A stretch of DNA of 64,000 nt from Octopus sinensis (Eukaryota). Location of the stretch: NCBI RefSeq assembly GCF_006345805.1, contig NC_043005.1, forward strand, positions 106,578,001 through 106,642,000, given 5' to 3'. Shown piece by piece: positions 38,247 through 51,569 of the stretch (within the stretch, counting starts at the first letter, position 1; each line of letters starts with the position of its first letter). A model generated the notes under the pieces. It searched no databases and had not been told where the DNA came from. It worked only from the letters and a program-made list of their open reading frames with translations. A program made the translations under genes and the position numbers.

Positions 38247-39746
38247 GTATGTATGTATGCATGTATGTCTTTGTAGATATAAACAAAACTATATTAAAAG
38301 AGAGAAATGAAGCTGCTACCGAAGGACAATATAAAAGAACTTACATCTCTTGCTTTGCACAATATACACATATCTCTAGATGCATATATTGAGAGAAAGT
38401 GACTAAACTTAATGTGTGTATATACAAATATAATCACATAAATATTTATACAATATTTTTTTTCTCCCTCTTCCCCTTGAAATATTTTTCAAAAGTAAAA
38501 ACAGATATATGAATAAAATATGGTAAAGAAACTTAATAGAAATCAAATCAGCATGAAAGCAAGTTATAATGTCTCACAATGGAGAAAATAAAATAGATTT
38601 ATATTTCTGTATTTATATATATACATATATATATATACATATATATGCGTGCATGTGTGTGAGTGTGTGCCTGCGTGTGTGAGCACGTGCGTATCAATTT
38701 ATGTATAATCAGAGACATATTAAAGAAATATGCCATTGTAATACATAGTTTAAAATATATGTGCATATAAGTTTTTAAGCACTTACAGTAACATATATTT
38801 ACACATATACAAATATATTAGTTCATGTATATATGTATATTTATAAGAATTTATATCCTATGTCTCCATAAACATATATATATATATATATACTTATACA
38901 CACACATACATATATACATGTACATACACACATGTACACCTGGTCATGTGCTTCTTCTTGTTCGTGCATATGAATAAATATAAATATAGATACGTAGACG
39001 ATATGGATAGATGTATATATAAATGTATAAATATATAAATATATATATACAATTTACATATACATGTGTAGATACACACATATTTTTATACACATTTAAG
39101 TGTGTGATAGATGTATGTGTTTGCATATATACATCTATGTATACATGTACTTATATTTACATTTATAATATGTGTGCTTGTATATATATATATATATATA
39201 CATACATACATACATACATACATACATACATGCATATATATATAAATATATATGTACATATGTGCATATTGTAAACATATCAAAAGCCTAAAAGCCAGAA
39301 ATCCTGAAAGTTTTCCCCCATCATATGTATGCTGCATTTATTTGCCGCCACCACCAGTAAGTGAACCTTAATTCAACAGACCAGACCTTAAATAGATCAA
39401 ATTCTAATCTGCAGTCTTTATCTTCACAAAGAATTCTATAGCTGTTCCTTCAAGAGTGAAATCTCAAATCTAGAAACATTTAGAATTTCAGTAGCAATGT
39501 TTCTAGGCAACTGGACAAAAATTGATGTAACATTTTCTCCTGCAGTTTATTCTCCTTTTTTTTTTAAGAAAGCAAAAAATATAATAAATAAAAAAGAATG
39601 AAATGATAGTAAATATATGCAGAAAAAATTTCACTGTGGGTAGGGAATATAAAAAATAGCAATGGTATTAAATTTTTTACTTGTGTATGTAAATATGCAT
39701 ATACGTATGCATGTGCAAGCATCTGTGTATGCTTATATATATACAA

Positions 39747-39806
<60 letters not shown>

Positions 39807-41721
39807 GTACATATAGACACACGTATAGATATATATATGTGTGTGCATATAAAGATCTGTATATTCATATCTAAATATATATATGTACATATATAAATTG
39901 AAAAGCAAATAGGTAGTTTGCAGAACCATTCATTCTTCTGTTATGGATGTTATTTTTTTTTATTTAATTTGTTTGTGTTTGTGAGTGTATCTGTGTTTAT
40001 GTGTGTATGTATGTGTGATGTGTGTAAAAGTGCATGCGGTAGCTTTGTGTCTGCATGCAAAAGTTGTGTCATGAGTCTGTTTTATGTTATGTCTGTCACT
40101 ATGTATGTGTGTATGTGTATGTATATATATGTATATATATATACATATATATACTTATATATATACATATGCATATATATATATACATATATATGTATTG
40201 ATATATATACATGCGTATACATGCATATATGTGTATAGATGTATATATGTTTATATATTATATACATATATATATATGTGTATATATATATATATATATA
40301 AATATAAATACGTACTTATTTCATGTATATTCTATATTTTGTTTTGTATGTTTATCGCATGAATGTAGTATGTTTGTTTTTTAAATTTTCATACAGATTC
40401 CCATATAAAATGTATGTAATGGGATGTTGGGAGAATGCAGTGGGAAAATAGAATGTTTCAAAGTTTTAGGAGTCTCTCTAAACTATGGAAATTCTAAAAA
40501 TATGATCTACCATAGGGAAAAAGTAAAACAATCAAAATAAAATAAAAAATTTTCCCCAAATACAGAAAATTTCAAACTACCGTTTTGTTCGTCATTGCAA
40601 AGAAAAAAAAAATTTAATGCCCAGTATATTTGTGAATGTTTTCTCCTCCATGTATGGATATTTATTCTTAAATGTGTTTGTGTGAGTGTGCTTTTTGGAC
40701 GTTTGAGCATGTGTAAAAGCCTGTGTGTATAAATGAAACTGTATGTATGTGTGTTCCCATGTATATATATATATAGTATTATTATATAAGGTAGATAGCT
40801 TGACAGTTTTATATATAAGCATATATGCACATATATATGCATATATAAATGCATATAAATATAGAGATATTGTACATATGTATACATATGTACATAAGTA
40901 TAAGTACAAAAAGAAATATATATAAATGTATGTATATATGCGTGCATCTCTGTATTGTAGACATATACACTCCCCACATATGCACAAGTACATAATTATG
41001 CCTTTGTGTCTATGTGTGTGTCTATATACACATATTGTAGGTATTCAGACAAACATAAAAGAAATATAAGTATTAAAAACAAAGCTTTTTGAATTAATCT
41101 ACCTGGTAAATAAACTGATTCTCTATCGAAAATGTAAGTAAAACACGATTTTGGATTAGCCTTAAGTCTTTGAAATATTCCTGCAGAAACTTATTTCAAA
41201 ATAAACTCTTGTCCCAAAATCTATTTCTTCTACCTAAATCACATAAAAATTCTAATCTTTACTTTTCGAAATATGCGAGTTATAGAGTTGCATAATTAAA
41301 AAAAAAAATTTTTTCATGGATATAACTCCATCTTATACTTAATTGGAAAGAAATGCATGGATATTGAATCAGGTAAACCATGAACATCACAATATCCCAC
41401 TTGACTATCTATTATATGGTATCTCATTCAACTCTCTATAATACTACAAATCTTTCGTGATTTATGCTTGTTCTGGGCCAATACAGTAGCTTTCCTATAG
41501 GTCTTTAGCATGCTAGAAATAGCAGTCAATTCTGTCTTGCATTTACATGAGAGGAGAAGGGATATGAAATAATGTAATCTAAAATAACTTATTTTGTAGA
41601 AAATAAGATGGTCATTAGCTAGTGTTACTTTGGTCATAAGTTTTGTCATTCTTTATTGAAAGATCTATTGTGAGGTACTTTCTTGAATAAATTAAAGGCT
41701 TGGAATTGTATTGGTTAGTAT

Positions 41722-41920
41722 TCTTTTATTCTTTTATCTGTTTCAGTCATTTGACTGTGACCATGCTAGAGCACCACCTTTAGTCGAGCAAATCGACCAC
41801 AGGACTTATTCTCTGTAAGCCTAGTACTTATTTTATTGGTCTCTCTTGCTGAACCACTAAGTGACAGGGACATAAACACACTAGCATCAGTTGTCAAGTG
41901 ATGTTGTGGGGGGACAAACA
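41722..41920 (-). mobile_element. OR-type SINE, 3' half (5' half at 42652-42812)
   Basis: Reverse-complement homology to about 7315-7505; ends at the SINE's internal microsatellite. Confidence 0.85.
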
Positions 41921-41930
41921 TATATATATA

Positions 41931-42097
41931 TATATGAATAAATGAAAAGAATGGAGTCGAAAGAAAATTTTAACAAAATTCCTTTACTTTCGACATATGT
42001 TTCGAAGACTGCATACTCTTAATTCCGACATATGTCGAAAGTAAAGGAATTTTGTTAAAATCTTCTTTCGACTCCATTCTTTTCATTTATTCATATA
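41931..42097. repeat. 70-bp inverted repeat made of two family D 3' ends
   Basis: Arms 41931-42000 and 42028-42097 with one mismatch and a 27-bp spacer; homologous to 3990-4078. Confidence 0.9.
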
Positions 42098-42235
42098 CAA
42101 AAACACACAAATTTCCACATATGAACACGGGGTTCGGCCCTTGGCATGTAACTTCAACTGTGTTTTACTGACGTGAATTTGCTACCCAGGTATCGATTAA
42201 CCGAATTATCCATACTAGGATAATTCATTCATCTA

Positions 42236-42271
<36 letters not shown>

Positions 42272-42272
<1 letters not shown>

Positions 42273-42626
42273 TCATCATCATCATCATCATCATCGTTTA
42301 ACGTCCGTACTCCATGCTAGCATGGGTTGGACGGTTCGACCGGGGATCTGGGAAGCCAGAAGGCTGCACCAGACTCCAGTCTTATCTGGCAATGTTTCTA
42401 CAGCTGGATGCCCTTCCTAACGCCAACCACTCCGTGAGTGTAGTGGGTGCTTTTTATGTGCCACCTGCACAGGTGCCAGGTGAGGCTGGCAACGGCCACG
42501 GTCGAATTGGTGCATTTTACGTGCCACCGGCACGGAACCCAGTCGAGGCGGGACTGGCATCGGCCATGGTTCGGATGGTGCTTTTTACATGCTACCGGCA
42601 CGGAAGCCAGTCGAGGTGGCGCTGGC

Positions 42627-42627
<1 letters not shown>
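42272..42627 (-). mobile_element. 5'-truncated RTE 3' UTR with three 63-68 bp internal repeats
   Basis: (CAT)n tail, GGCATCCAGCTGTAGAAAC motif, repeat units starting at 42446, 42509 and 42577. Confidence 0.85.
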
Positions 42628-42651
<24 letters not shown>

Positions 42652-42657
<6 letters not shown>

Positions 42658-42812
42658 GCTTCTTTCAGTTTCCATCTACCAAATCCACTCACAAGGCTTT
42701 GGTCGGCCCGAGGCTATAGTAGGAGACACTTGCCCAAGGTGCCATGGAGTGGGACTGAACCTGGAACCATGTAGTTGGTAAGCAAGCTACTTACCACACA
42801 GCCACTCCTGTG
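42652..42812 (-). mobile_element. OR-type SINE, 5' half
   Basis: Reverse-complement homology to about 7106-7270. Confidence 0.88.
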
Positions 42813-42849
42813 CCTATAGTACAATACAGTTCTATGTTTACTTTGTGAG

Positions 42850-43200
42850 AACATAACAGCCTCTCTGCCAGGGCTTTGCCTCCTCTTCATTAAGCTTGCA
42901 TCTCTATGAACAAGATGTGAGAATTAGTCATGTAGAGTATTTCTTTTTTGCTGCTCACTGCAGCAAGCTGGTTCATACCACCACACATTAAAATGGGTAC
43001 CAAGTCATCTCTGTACCCAAGTACCTATGATCAGTCTACTCAGTTTGAATCAACACATGTTTCTCTAGGGTATCACATGACCTGCTGGAAATCAGTCACA
43101 TCTCCTTCAATAAAGCAGTCCTTAACAAGAACACATTGAATAATGTTGCCTAAATATGCAATATCTGAGACAGAAGTTGTGTTGGTCATAACAAGAATGC
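42850..43200 (-). mobile_element. Possible very decayed R4-like RLE-region fragment
   Basis: Weak remnants 'WYEPA..KKEILY' resembling 'WYEH.P..V.E...ILWD'; by-eye only. Confidence 0.25.
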
Positions 43201-43289
43201 CTTCGACTATGGGTATGTTTAGCCAGGACTGACCTGGAACAACAACAATTAGATCAACTTACTGTCACTGCAAAATCTCCCCTGCTTAA

Positions 43290-43510
43290 CCCTTTTGTTA
43301 CCGTATTTATTTTGAGATGCTCTGTGTTTCTTTCAATTACTTTGATTATAACAAAGAATTTAAGTAAAATAACTTAGTTGTTATTCAGCTAGTGTTAGGA
43401 ACATAAATTGTGACTAAGGTTTGGTGGAAGATTTTAATTAAAAACTTATGAAAACAAGACCTTTGTACTCAGAGCCAGAGCTGGTTTCAGCTGGGTTGAT
43501 AATGAAAGGG
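43290..43510. mobile_element. piggyBac-like MITE
   Basis: TTAA at 43286-89 and 43511-14; ends CCCTTT..AAAGGG with an imperfect TIR of about 13 bp; 221 bp, non-coding. Confidence 0.6.
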
Positions 43511-43549
43511 TTAACAAATGGATACTGTTTTATAACTGCTACCACACTG

Positions 43550-43820
43550 GAAAGTGAGTGGCTTAGTGGTTTGGGCTGCTGACCTCGTGATTATAACATT
43601 GTGGGTTCAAATAATGGAGCTACTGAAAGAATTTGTCTTTGAACACTCCGTCTTATCACGTTATCAATGTTTCATTGGATCGTTTGACAGAGTGGCTAAC
43701 AGGCTTCCGTGCCAGTGGCACATAAAAGGGCACCATTTGAGTTTGATTGTTACCAGCGTTGCCTTACTGGCACTTGTGCCCATGCTAGCATGGCAAGCGG
43801 ACGTTAAACGATGATGATGA
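43550..43820 (+). mobile_element. Decayed tRNA-headed SINE with an RTE-derived tail
   Basis: TGGCTTAGTGG..GGTTCAAAT head; GCCAGTGGCACATAAAAG and CCCATGCTAGCATGG..GGACGTTAAAC(GAT)n tail. Confidence 0.65.
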
Positions 43821-44090
43821 TTGGATCAACAGTGTGATAGTATAAGAGGATGTCTATGTCTTCTTGTGACTATAATGTTATCTGAAACAATGAAAGCAAG
43901 GTACATACTGTCAAAGTGATGCCTATGCTTTCACTGCAGCAGTGAATACTAAAACAAGCTATAGCAAAAAGCTAGGATGTTCAAATCTCGTCAAGCTGGT
44001 ATTTCATTTACTTGATATCTGCAGTATGGGACCGTTGAGAGTTGGCTTTCAGCCGTTTGATTGCTTCCTTTCATGCTGGTCAAATAGAAC

Positions 44091-44320
44091 TATTTCTTTA
44101 CTACCCACAAGGGGCTAAACACAGAGAGGACAAACAAGGACAGACAAACGAATTAAGTCGATTATATCGACCCCAGTGCGTAACTGGTACTTATTTAATC
44201 GACTCCGAAAGGATGAAAGGCAAAGTCGACCTTGGCGGAATTTGAACTCAGAATGTAATGGCAGACGAAATACAGCTACACATTTTACCCAGCGTGCTAA
44301 AGTTTCTGCTGGCTCGCCAC
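44091..44320 (-). mobile_element. Family M SINE with a 16-bp target-site duplication
   Basis: Homology to 16069-16301; TSD TGGTCAAATAGAACTA at 44077-44092 and 44324-44339. Confidence 0.92.
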
Positions 44321-45460
44321 CTTTGGTCAAATAGAACTAACCAAGGCTACTCGGCAATAGCAACACCAATGTCTGGCCTAGACAAAATTTCTCCTCACAC
44401 ACACAGACACACACAAAATAACACATGTAGAAGTTGGTTAAAACATAAATAATCCAGACATTTGAAAGACAAGAAGTAACTTTTCTCAGAAATTTTCAAT
44501 TGAAGCTAAATACAAAAGAAAAAGAAAGAAAAATGAACTAAATGACAAAACAAGAAACCTGAAGTAGAAATAAACCAAAGAAAAGAAAATCTTTACATTT
44601 AAGAATATGAATACAAAAATCTTCACAAAGATGTTTTTACTGAAAGCATTACCCAAAGCTGACTGCCAATATACTGGGGTCAATTCAGTCGTACATAATC
44701 TCCCCTTACATAGAAAAAAATCTTTAAAATATGTCAATAATAATAATAAAGGTCACATAGATATGAAAAAATTCCTCATTTTAAATATTATTTATTTGGT
44801 TTTTTTTCTTATTATTTTTAAGGATATGAGTAAATTGTGGAAATAAATGGAAAAATATAGTTATATAATGTAATGCATGGTTTTTATTGTATGTGAAGGA
44901 GGGTCTGCAAAAGTTCTTTGAAGAAAGTCTGTCTTCTGCGATTTGTCATGAATTTCTACAATCTTATCTTTTTATTTAATCATTGGTTTTTATTTATATT
45001 TAATTCTTTTTTTTTTTAAACCATTACTGTTTAATGGAACATTATTTATATTGCATGAATAATAAGGTTCTGCTGCGAGTTTTAAAAATCTGTGTTACGT
45101 GTTCAAACTACAGCACAGAGTGTCATAGTCATAACACATTAATACATAAAGGCATACATATATGCATGAATATGTATATGTATATATATATATATATGTA
45201 TATGTATGTATATATATATATGTATATAACACAAAGTAAGTTAGGTGTTATGGGTGCAACCCACTAAGGGATAGTTGGTGATTTCAGTGGTTTTTTGATA
45301 TTGTGGTTTTTGTGATTTGTGTTTTTGTCTTATATGTATTGAATTGTGGGATACATGTGTATGCTATTGGGGTTTTCATTTTGTTGTATGAATAGATGGT
45401 TCAACATTCTAGTATCTGGAGGTTGATGAACAAACTGGGTTGTTTCTCCATTTTCTCATT

Positions 45461-45524
<64 letters not shown>

Positions 45525-45562
45525 GTATATATATATATACATATATATATACATATATACAT

Positions 45563-45930
45563 ATCATCATCATCATTTTGCATCCGCTCTCTGTGCTGAC
45601 CAGAACTGGTAAGCCGGAGAGTTCCACCAGGTTCCAGTTTGATTTGGCATGGTTTCTATGGCTGGATGTCCTTCCTAATGCCAACATATTCTAGAATGTA
45701 AAGGGTGCTTTCTATGTGCCCCCAGCATGGGTGCCAGTCACATGAGACTGCCATCAGCCACAACCACGATTTCACTTGGCTTAACGACTTTTCACACACA
45801 ACATATTGCCAAAGGTCTCAGGCACTTGTCCATTACCTCCATGAGGCCCAACAAGCGAAGATCATGCTTCATCTCTTCATCCCATGTCTTCCTGTGTTTA
45901 CTTCTTCCACAGGTTCCTTCTACAGTTAGA
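45563..45930 (-). mobile_element. RTE LINE 3' end (ORF2 C-terminus plus 3' UTR)
   Basis: 'LTVEGTCGRSKHRKTWDEEMKHDLRLLGL' matches RTE 'VEG.RGRGRPRKTW.E.V..DL..LGL', followed by the shared 3' UTR and (GAT)n. Confidence 0.85.
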
Positions 45931-46329
45931 AACCAGCACTGTGTGTGTGTGTGTATGTGTGTGTGTGTAACTGGACCAACAAAAGAAGGAGGCACTTGTC
46001 ACATTTTGTAAGTCACATATATTATTATATAAAACAGTTTGATTTGGGCCCATCTAACTTAAATTTTCATTTGCTCATTATATAATTTATTTGACATACT
46101 GAGAAATTATTGCATGAACTGAGTTATATTGGATTGAAAATGTGTTATATTCGATATGGGCTGTACCTAACAAGGTTATTTCTGGACAGTATGCACAGAT
46201 GTGAAACTTGGTGCTTTTCATGTGTTAGTCATACCTTTTTGTGTCATACTAGTGTCTCAAATATTATTGGTGGGGTTCCACATTCATCTTGCTTTGTTTA
46301 TAATTTCAAGATCCTTACACTTTGATTAA

Positions 46330-47160
46330 GTTATTATCACTTTCTGTATGATGTCTTGATCAGAAGGGATTGTGATCTCTATCAGAGAACAGGCTTTTTT
46401 TTTTTGTCTTTGGTCCTGTGCTTGATAATCATGTCCAAAGTGTTTTTCTTTGGTTCCATTGTCAATCATAACAAGACATGACCCAAGTGACATGTGCAAT
46501 GTTTGTTACGTGTTTATACTACTTTTCCATTTTCCTGTTCAGTTATTAGCATTTTGGCCAATGGCCATATCAACAGACTCATTATGTCTGAGGATATACT
46601 AAAAGTGGACAAAGACTCCTTTAGAATTTCCAACATCAAATTATCACCACCACACTATTCCATAACTAACTTCAGTGGTACTCAGCTAGAATCTTCATAG
46701 TCACACCAGATGTTTGGTTTCACTACCACTGAGGATCTCTCCTGACAAAAGCACATCCTTAACATAGGTAGGGCTGCATCTGAAACATTGGCCCTTCTAT
46801 TCAGAGTCAGAAAATATTTCATTGCCAGTGGCTGCTGACATTCTACAAGGTTCCAGTGAGCCTACAGTGGATTTCTGTTCCCACATGTGGGACAGTGCTG
46901 TTGCTACATGGATAGACATCTTGGACAGCATCCAGCGGATGGCTATTCAAGTAACTGATAGTCAGTCACTAACAGACGTGTTACTGCCATTTGCCCACAA
47001 GTGTGATGTCTTTTATATAGCTAGTATAATGACTCCTTTTCCCTTGGAGTTTTGTGTCTCCACTAAAATACCACTGACCCACTTGTCCTTTTGTCTCTCA
47101 TCACTTTTAGTATACCCAACTCCCACGGTCCTGCACAATCCATTATGTCCAATCTTTTCT
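46330..47160 (+). mobile_element. Decayed L2/Crack-like (Jockey-superfamily) LINE ORF2 fragment
   Basis: 'HILNIGRAASETLALLFRVRKYF' and 'PTVDFCSHMWDSA..ILDSIQRMAIQV' match 'HI..IAK.AS.KLG.L.R.R.YF..RP.LEYCSH.W..LD.IQ.RAIR'. Confidence 0.6.
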
Positions 47161-47169
47161 CCACAAAAC

Positions 47170-47460
47170 GTCATCGTCATCGTCATCGTCGTCATCTTCG
47201 TCGTCATCATTGTCGTCGTCATCATCATCATCATCATCATCATCACCACCACCACCACCATTATCATCATCATTATCATCATCATCATCAGCATCAGTAT
47301 CATCATTATCACTGCCACCACCACCGTCGTCGTCATTGTTATTGTCATCATCAGCATGATATTCGTCGTCATCATCATCGTCATCATCATCATCATCATC
47401 GTCATCATCATCATCATCATCATCATTATCAGCAGCATCATCATCATCGTCGTCGTTGTT

Positions 47461-47494
<34 letters not shown>

Positions 47495-47495
47495 G
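47170..47495 (+). repeat. (CAT)n/(CGT)n tract
   Basis: Direct reading. Confidence 0.95.
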
Positions 47496-47539
47496 TCTAT
47501 TGTGCAAAATGCTTTGCAGTAGTTTTTCAGGATCTATAT

Positions 47540-48005
47540 GTCCTGAATTCAAAATTAATTCTGCTACTGTTGATAAAATAAAGTACCAGTCGAGTACTTG
47601 GGGGATAGTTTTGCCTAACTCTTCTCCTCCCCCAAATTTTAGGCCTGGTGCTTATGTCATAAAAAACAAAAATACTATTATCCTATCAAGGATGAGTCTG
47701 CCCTTCACTCTTCTTCCGGAGTGGATAAAATCAATACCACTCTTTGACTAAATGCTTTGAAAAGTGACCTTGAGAGTCATTACTCTCATGTCAATAAATG
47801 AATCAATTTTGTTAGGACACTAAATGGCAGAATCAGTAGAGTACCAGACAGCTGTATGTAGTTATATCTTTCGGAGTTCAGATCACACCGAAGTCAGCTG
47901 TATTTTCCATTATTACTGAGTTATAAAACACGTACCAGCTTGGGAGCTAGATTGATCAGTTCAGCTTAGCCCTCCCTTCTTCAAAGCCTATGACGGCTTT
48001 CTGCC
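47540..48005 (+). mobile_element. Two decayed family M-related SINE fragments
   Basis: GATAAAATAAAGTACCAGTCGAGTAC and GGAGTTCAGATCACACCGAAGTC..TAAAACACGTACCAG resemble family M. Confidence 0.45.
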
Positions 48006-48009
48006 AATG

Positions 48010-48250
48010 TAAGATATAATGATGATAACAATCATCATCATCATCATTATAATAATGATAATAATAATATTCATCAGTCATCATCATCATCATCATTATT
48101 ATTATTGTTATTATTGTTATTATTATTGTAATTATTGTTATTATTATTATTATCATTATTATTATTAATGTTATTATTATTATTGTTATTATTATTATTA
48201 TTGTTGTTATTATTATTGTTACTATTATTATTATTATTATAATTATTAAA

Positions 48251-48283
<33 letters not shown>

Positions 48284-48290
48284 ATTATTG

Positions 48291-48321
<31 letters not shown>

Positions 48322-48502
48322 AATTATTACAATTATTATTATTATTATTATTATTAATATTATAATTATTATTATTATTATTGTTGTTGTTATTATTGTT
48401 ATATTATTATTATTATTATTATTATTGTTATTATTATTATTATTATTGTTGTATTATTATTGTTATTACTATAATTATTACAATTATTATATTATTATTA
48501 CA

Positions 48503-48547
<45 letters not shown>

Positions 48548-48579
48548 TTATTATTATTATATTATTATTAATATTATTG

Positions 48580-48614
<35 letters not shown>

Positions 48615-48806
48615 ATTATTACAATTATTATTATTATTATTACAATTATTATTATTGTTATTAATATTATAATTATTATTATAATTATTATTGTTGTTGT
48701 TGTTATTATTGTTATTATTATTATTGTTGTTGTTATTATTATTGTTATTACTATAATTATTACAATTATTATTATTATTATTACAATTATTATTATTATT
48801 ATTACA

Positions 48807-48850
<44 letters not shown>

Positions 48851-48880
48851 GATGATGATTATTATTATTCTTATTATGCA
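48010..48880 (+). repeat. Long (ATT)n/(GTT)n tract of about 870 bp
   Basis: Direct reading. Confidence 0.95.
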
Positions 48881-50704
48881 CCCGCTATATTCCGGCCTAC
48901 AAAAGATTCTATCCTGGGTGGAAATACTTCTTTTTATCTGCTTAACACCAGAGAAACCAGTTCAAGACTCATGAACCCCATCAAATTTCATGAAAAGATT
49001 AACCTTTTCAATATTACACCGCTTTCAAACCTTCCTTCCTGTCCCTTTATCTTGCTACCCATCTCTTCTTCTTCACTCAGCCTCTCTGACTGTCTCTATC
49101 TCCTCTCGTGTCTCTCCTCCATTCTCTGTATTTCTTCTTCTCCTTAGCTGCCTCATTTCACTCCTCAGAAGAAACGAAATGTGGTAAGGGAATCAGCTGA
49201 TGTACACAGTGACTATATGATTGCTATCTCCATTTTCATGTTGTTGTTCTTGTTGTTGTTATTTAAAATTTAATTTAATATCCTTCGGTTAGTTACAGCC
49301 GTGACAGTTAGACTCTGGGAGGCGCAGCCGACAAGAAAGTGTCGATGACTGTCTGCAATGGTGGCGGCGGCGATGGTGGTGATGGTGGTGGTGGTGGTGA
49401 AGATGGTGGTGGTGCTTAGTATTTGCTTAAGGAGGTTCTGCTCGGAGCCACATACATGTGAGTGGCCATGTGGTAGTATTATAGCATTAACAAAGCAATT
49501 TGGTTTTTTCGTTTATTTGTTTTCTATAATTTTAAAGGACATTTTTTTTCAATTTTATTTTTGGGCTTTGTTTTTTTTATTCTTTTTCTGTTTTGCTCTT
49601 CTATTAGTTTTAAAAAAGTTGCTTTTAGTTGTTGCGGTTAATGGTGTGATTGTAGTTTTTTTTTGTTGCTACTGCTGTTGTTTTTCAAGTATTTTTTCTT
49701 CTTGTTTTTTATTGATGTTAGTTATTTCCTTCAATTTGAACAATACAAGGCCACCACTTCCACTTCCTCCACAAGGACCGCCTACATCATACCACACTTC
49801 AACAACAAACAACCTTGTCATCACCACCAATAATACCACCACCTCCACCACCGCCACCACTACAATCATCATCGTCGGCATCAATTTTACGATGAAGGCG
49901 ACCATTTCCACAACTATACCAACATAAACACCCATCACCTTTCCCCCACCATTTACCACTCCACATTTCCCTCCCCACCCTTGCATACGCCACCTCTCTT
50001 TCACTCTCTTTGACTGTTCCTAACTTTCCAATGTATTCCACTATGATACTCCCCACCTATCGTCTCTCTCTTCCCACAATTAGTTTCCTAAAATAAACAA
50101 ATAAATAAAAGGAACAATAAATCCACTAAGTTTAAACATCGAAAAAATAAATTATTTAAAAGATAGAAAAAATTTTATTTTTAAAGAGTGAAGAAAAAAA
50201 AAGCCCCAATCTATGAGAAATGACAAGCATTAACCACACCCTCAGGCAACCCACAGGGTCGATGATGTCACCTCTGCTTATGGGGGCGGGAGGATATAAA
50301 AAGTAAAATAAAATATAAATAAAATATGTAAAAATATATCAAACTGTAACTCTCTAAATAAACTCTACCAACTTCAATTAAAAAAATGAAATTGAATTAA
50401 AAATTTACAAAAAAAAGGGAGATAAATTTAATTTCCTTCTACAGCGAATTTGTTCAATGACTATTGTCTTTTATTAGTTTATTTAGATCGGGTGGAGATA
50501 AGGGTGGATGTTGTGGTTGTTGCTGTGATTATATTGTTGTTGATGCGATTGGTTGTGGTCATGGCTAACAGAGATGTTGTTTTGTGCAAAATAATCTCTG
50601 ATCCAGTATCTCTATGATCAAAGATATTCATACAGTGACCATTTCCTCTTGTTATTATCTTCGATCATTTATTTTCTCTCCCAAATAAAGTGTATGTTAG
50701 ACGA

Positions 50705-51345
50705 CAGTGGATTGACAGAATCGTTAGCATGTAGGAAAAATGCCTCGTGATATTTCTTGCGGCGCTTTATGGCCAGATTTCAAGTCCTGCCAAGATCATA
50801 CTTGCTTTTCAATATTTCGGCGTCGATGAAATAAAGTACCTATTTCTTTATTACCCACAAGGGGCTAAACATAGAGGGGACAAACATGGACAGACATAGG
50901 TATTAAGTCGATTATATCGACCCCAGTGCGTAACTGGTACTTATTTAATCGACCCCGAAAGGATGAAAGGCAAAGTCGACCTCGGCGGAATTTGAACTGA
51001 CAACGTAACGGCAGCCGAAATACCTATTTCTATTTCTTTATTACCCACAAGGGGCTAAACATAGAGGGGACAAACATGGACAGACAAAGGTATTAAGTCG
51101 ATTATATCGACCCCAGTGCGTAACTGGTACTTAATTTATCGACCCCGAAAGGATGAAAGGCAAAGTCGACCTCGGCGGAATTTGAACTCACAACGTAACG
51201 GCAGCCGAAATACCGCTAAGCATTTCGCCCGGCGTGCTAACGTTTCTGCCAGCTGGCCGCCTTAAAGTACCAGTCAAATACTAGGGTCGATTTAATCGAC
51301 TAAGTTCTCTCTAAATTGCAGGCTTCGTACCTAAATTAGAAGGGG
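50705..51345. mobile_element. Partial tandem dimer of family M (-, 50841-51261) nested in an older plus-strand M-related SINE
   Basis: 184-bp duplication 50841-51024 and 51031-51214; TSD TAAAGTACC at 50832-40 and 51263-71; the older copy resumes after the TSD. Confidence 0.88.
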
Positions 51346-51569
51346 AGCAGCAGCTGTTGTTGTTGTTTCCATCATTTGGAACCAGGCATCCGATCTAAAC
51401 CAGACTGAGAACTAGAGACATTCCAGCCGTGATTATCCATCCTCCTCCTTTCCTGGAACAACACATCTACGTTTACGTTATCTAATGCCTATTGCATTTT
51501 AATGATGGTATGATGTGATATGTACGCTATTTAACAGCTGATATTAGCAGGTGGGGGGAATACTGTGAT

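Noticed and set aside
42446-42627. CRISPR-like repeat-spacer array
   Set aside because: Units are degenerate over their whole length with no unique spacers; eukaryotic RTE context and no cas genes.
46822-47751. 309-aa ORF, the longest non-LINE ORF
   Set aside because: It is a chimera of a decayed LINE fragment, a (CAT)n tract and a SINE remnant.
48381-48974. Poly-Ile and poly-Asn ORFs
   Set aside because: Products of an (ATT)n microsatellite.
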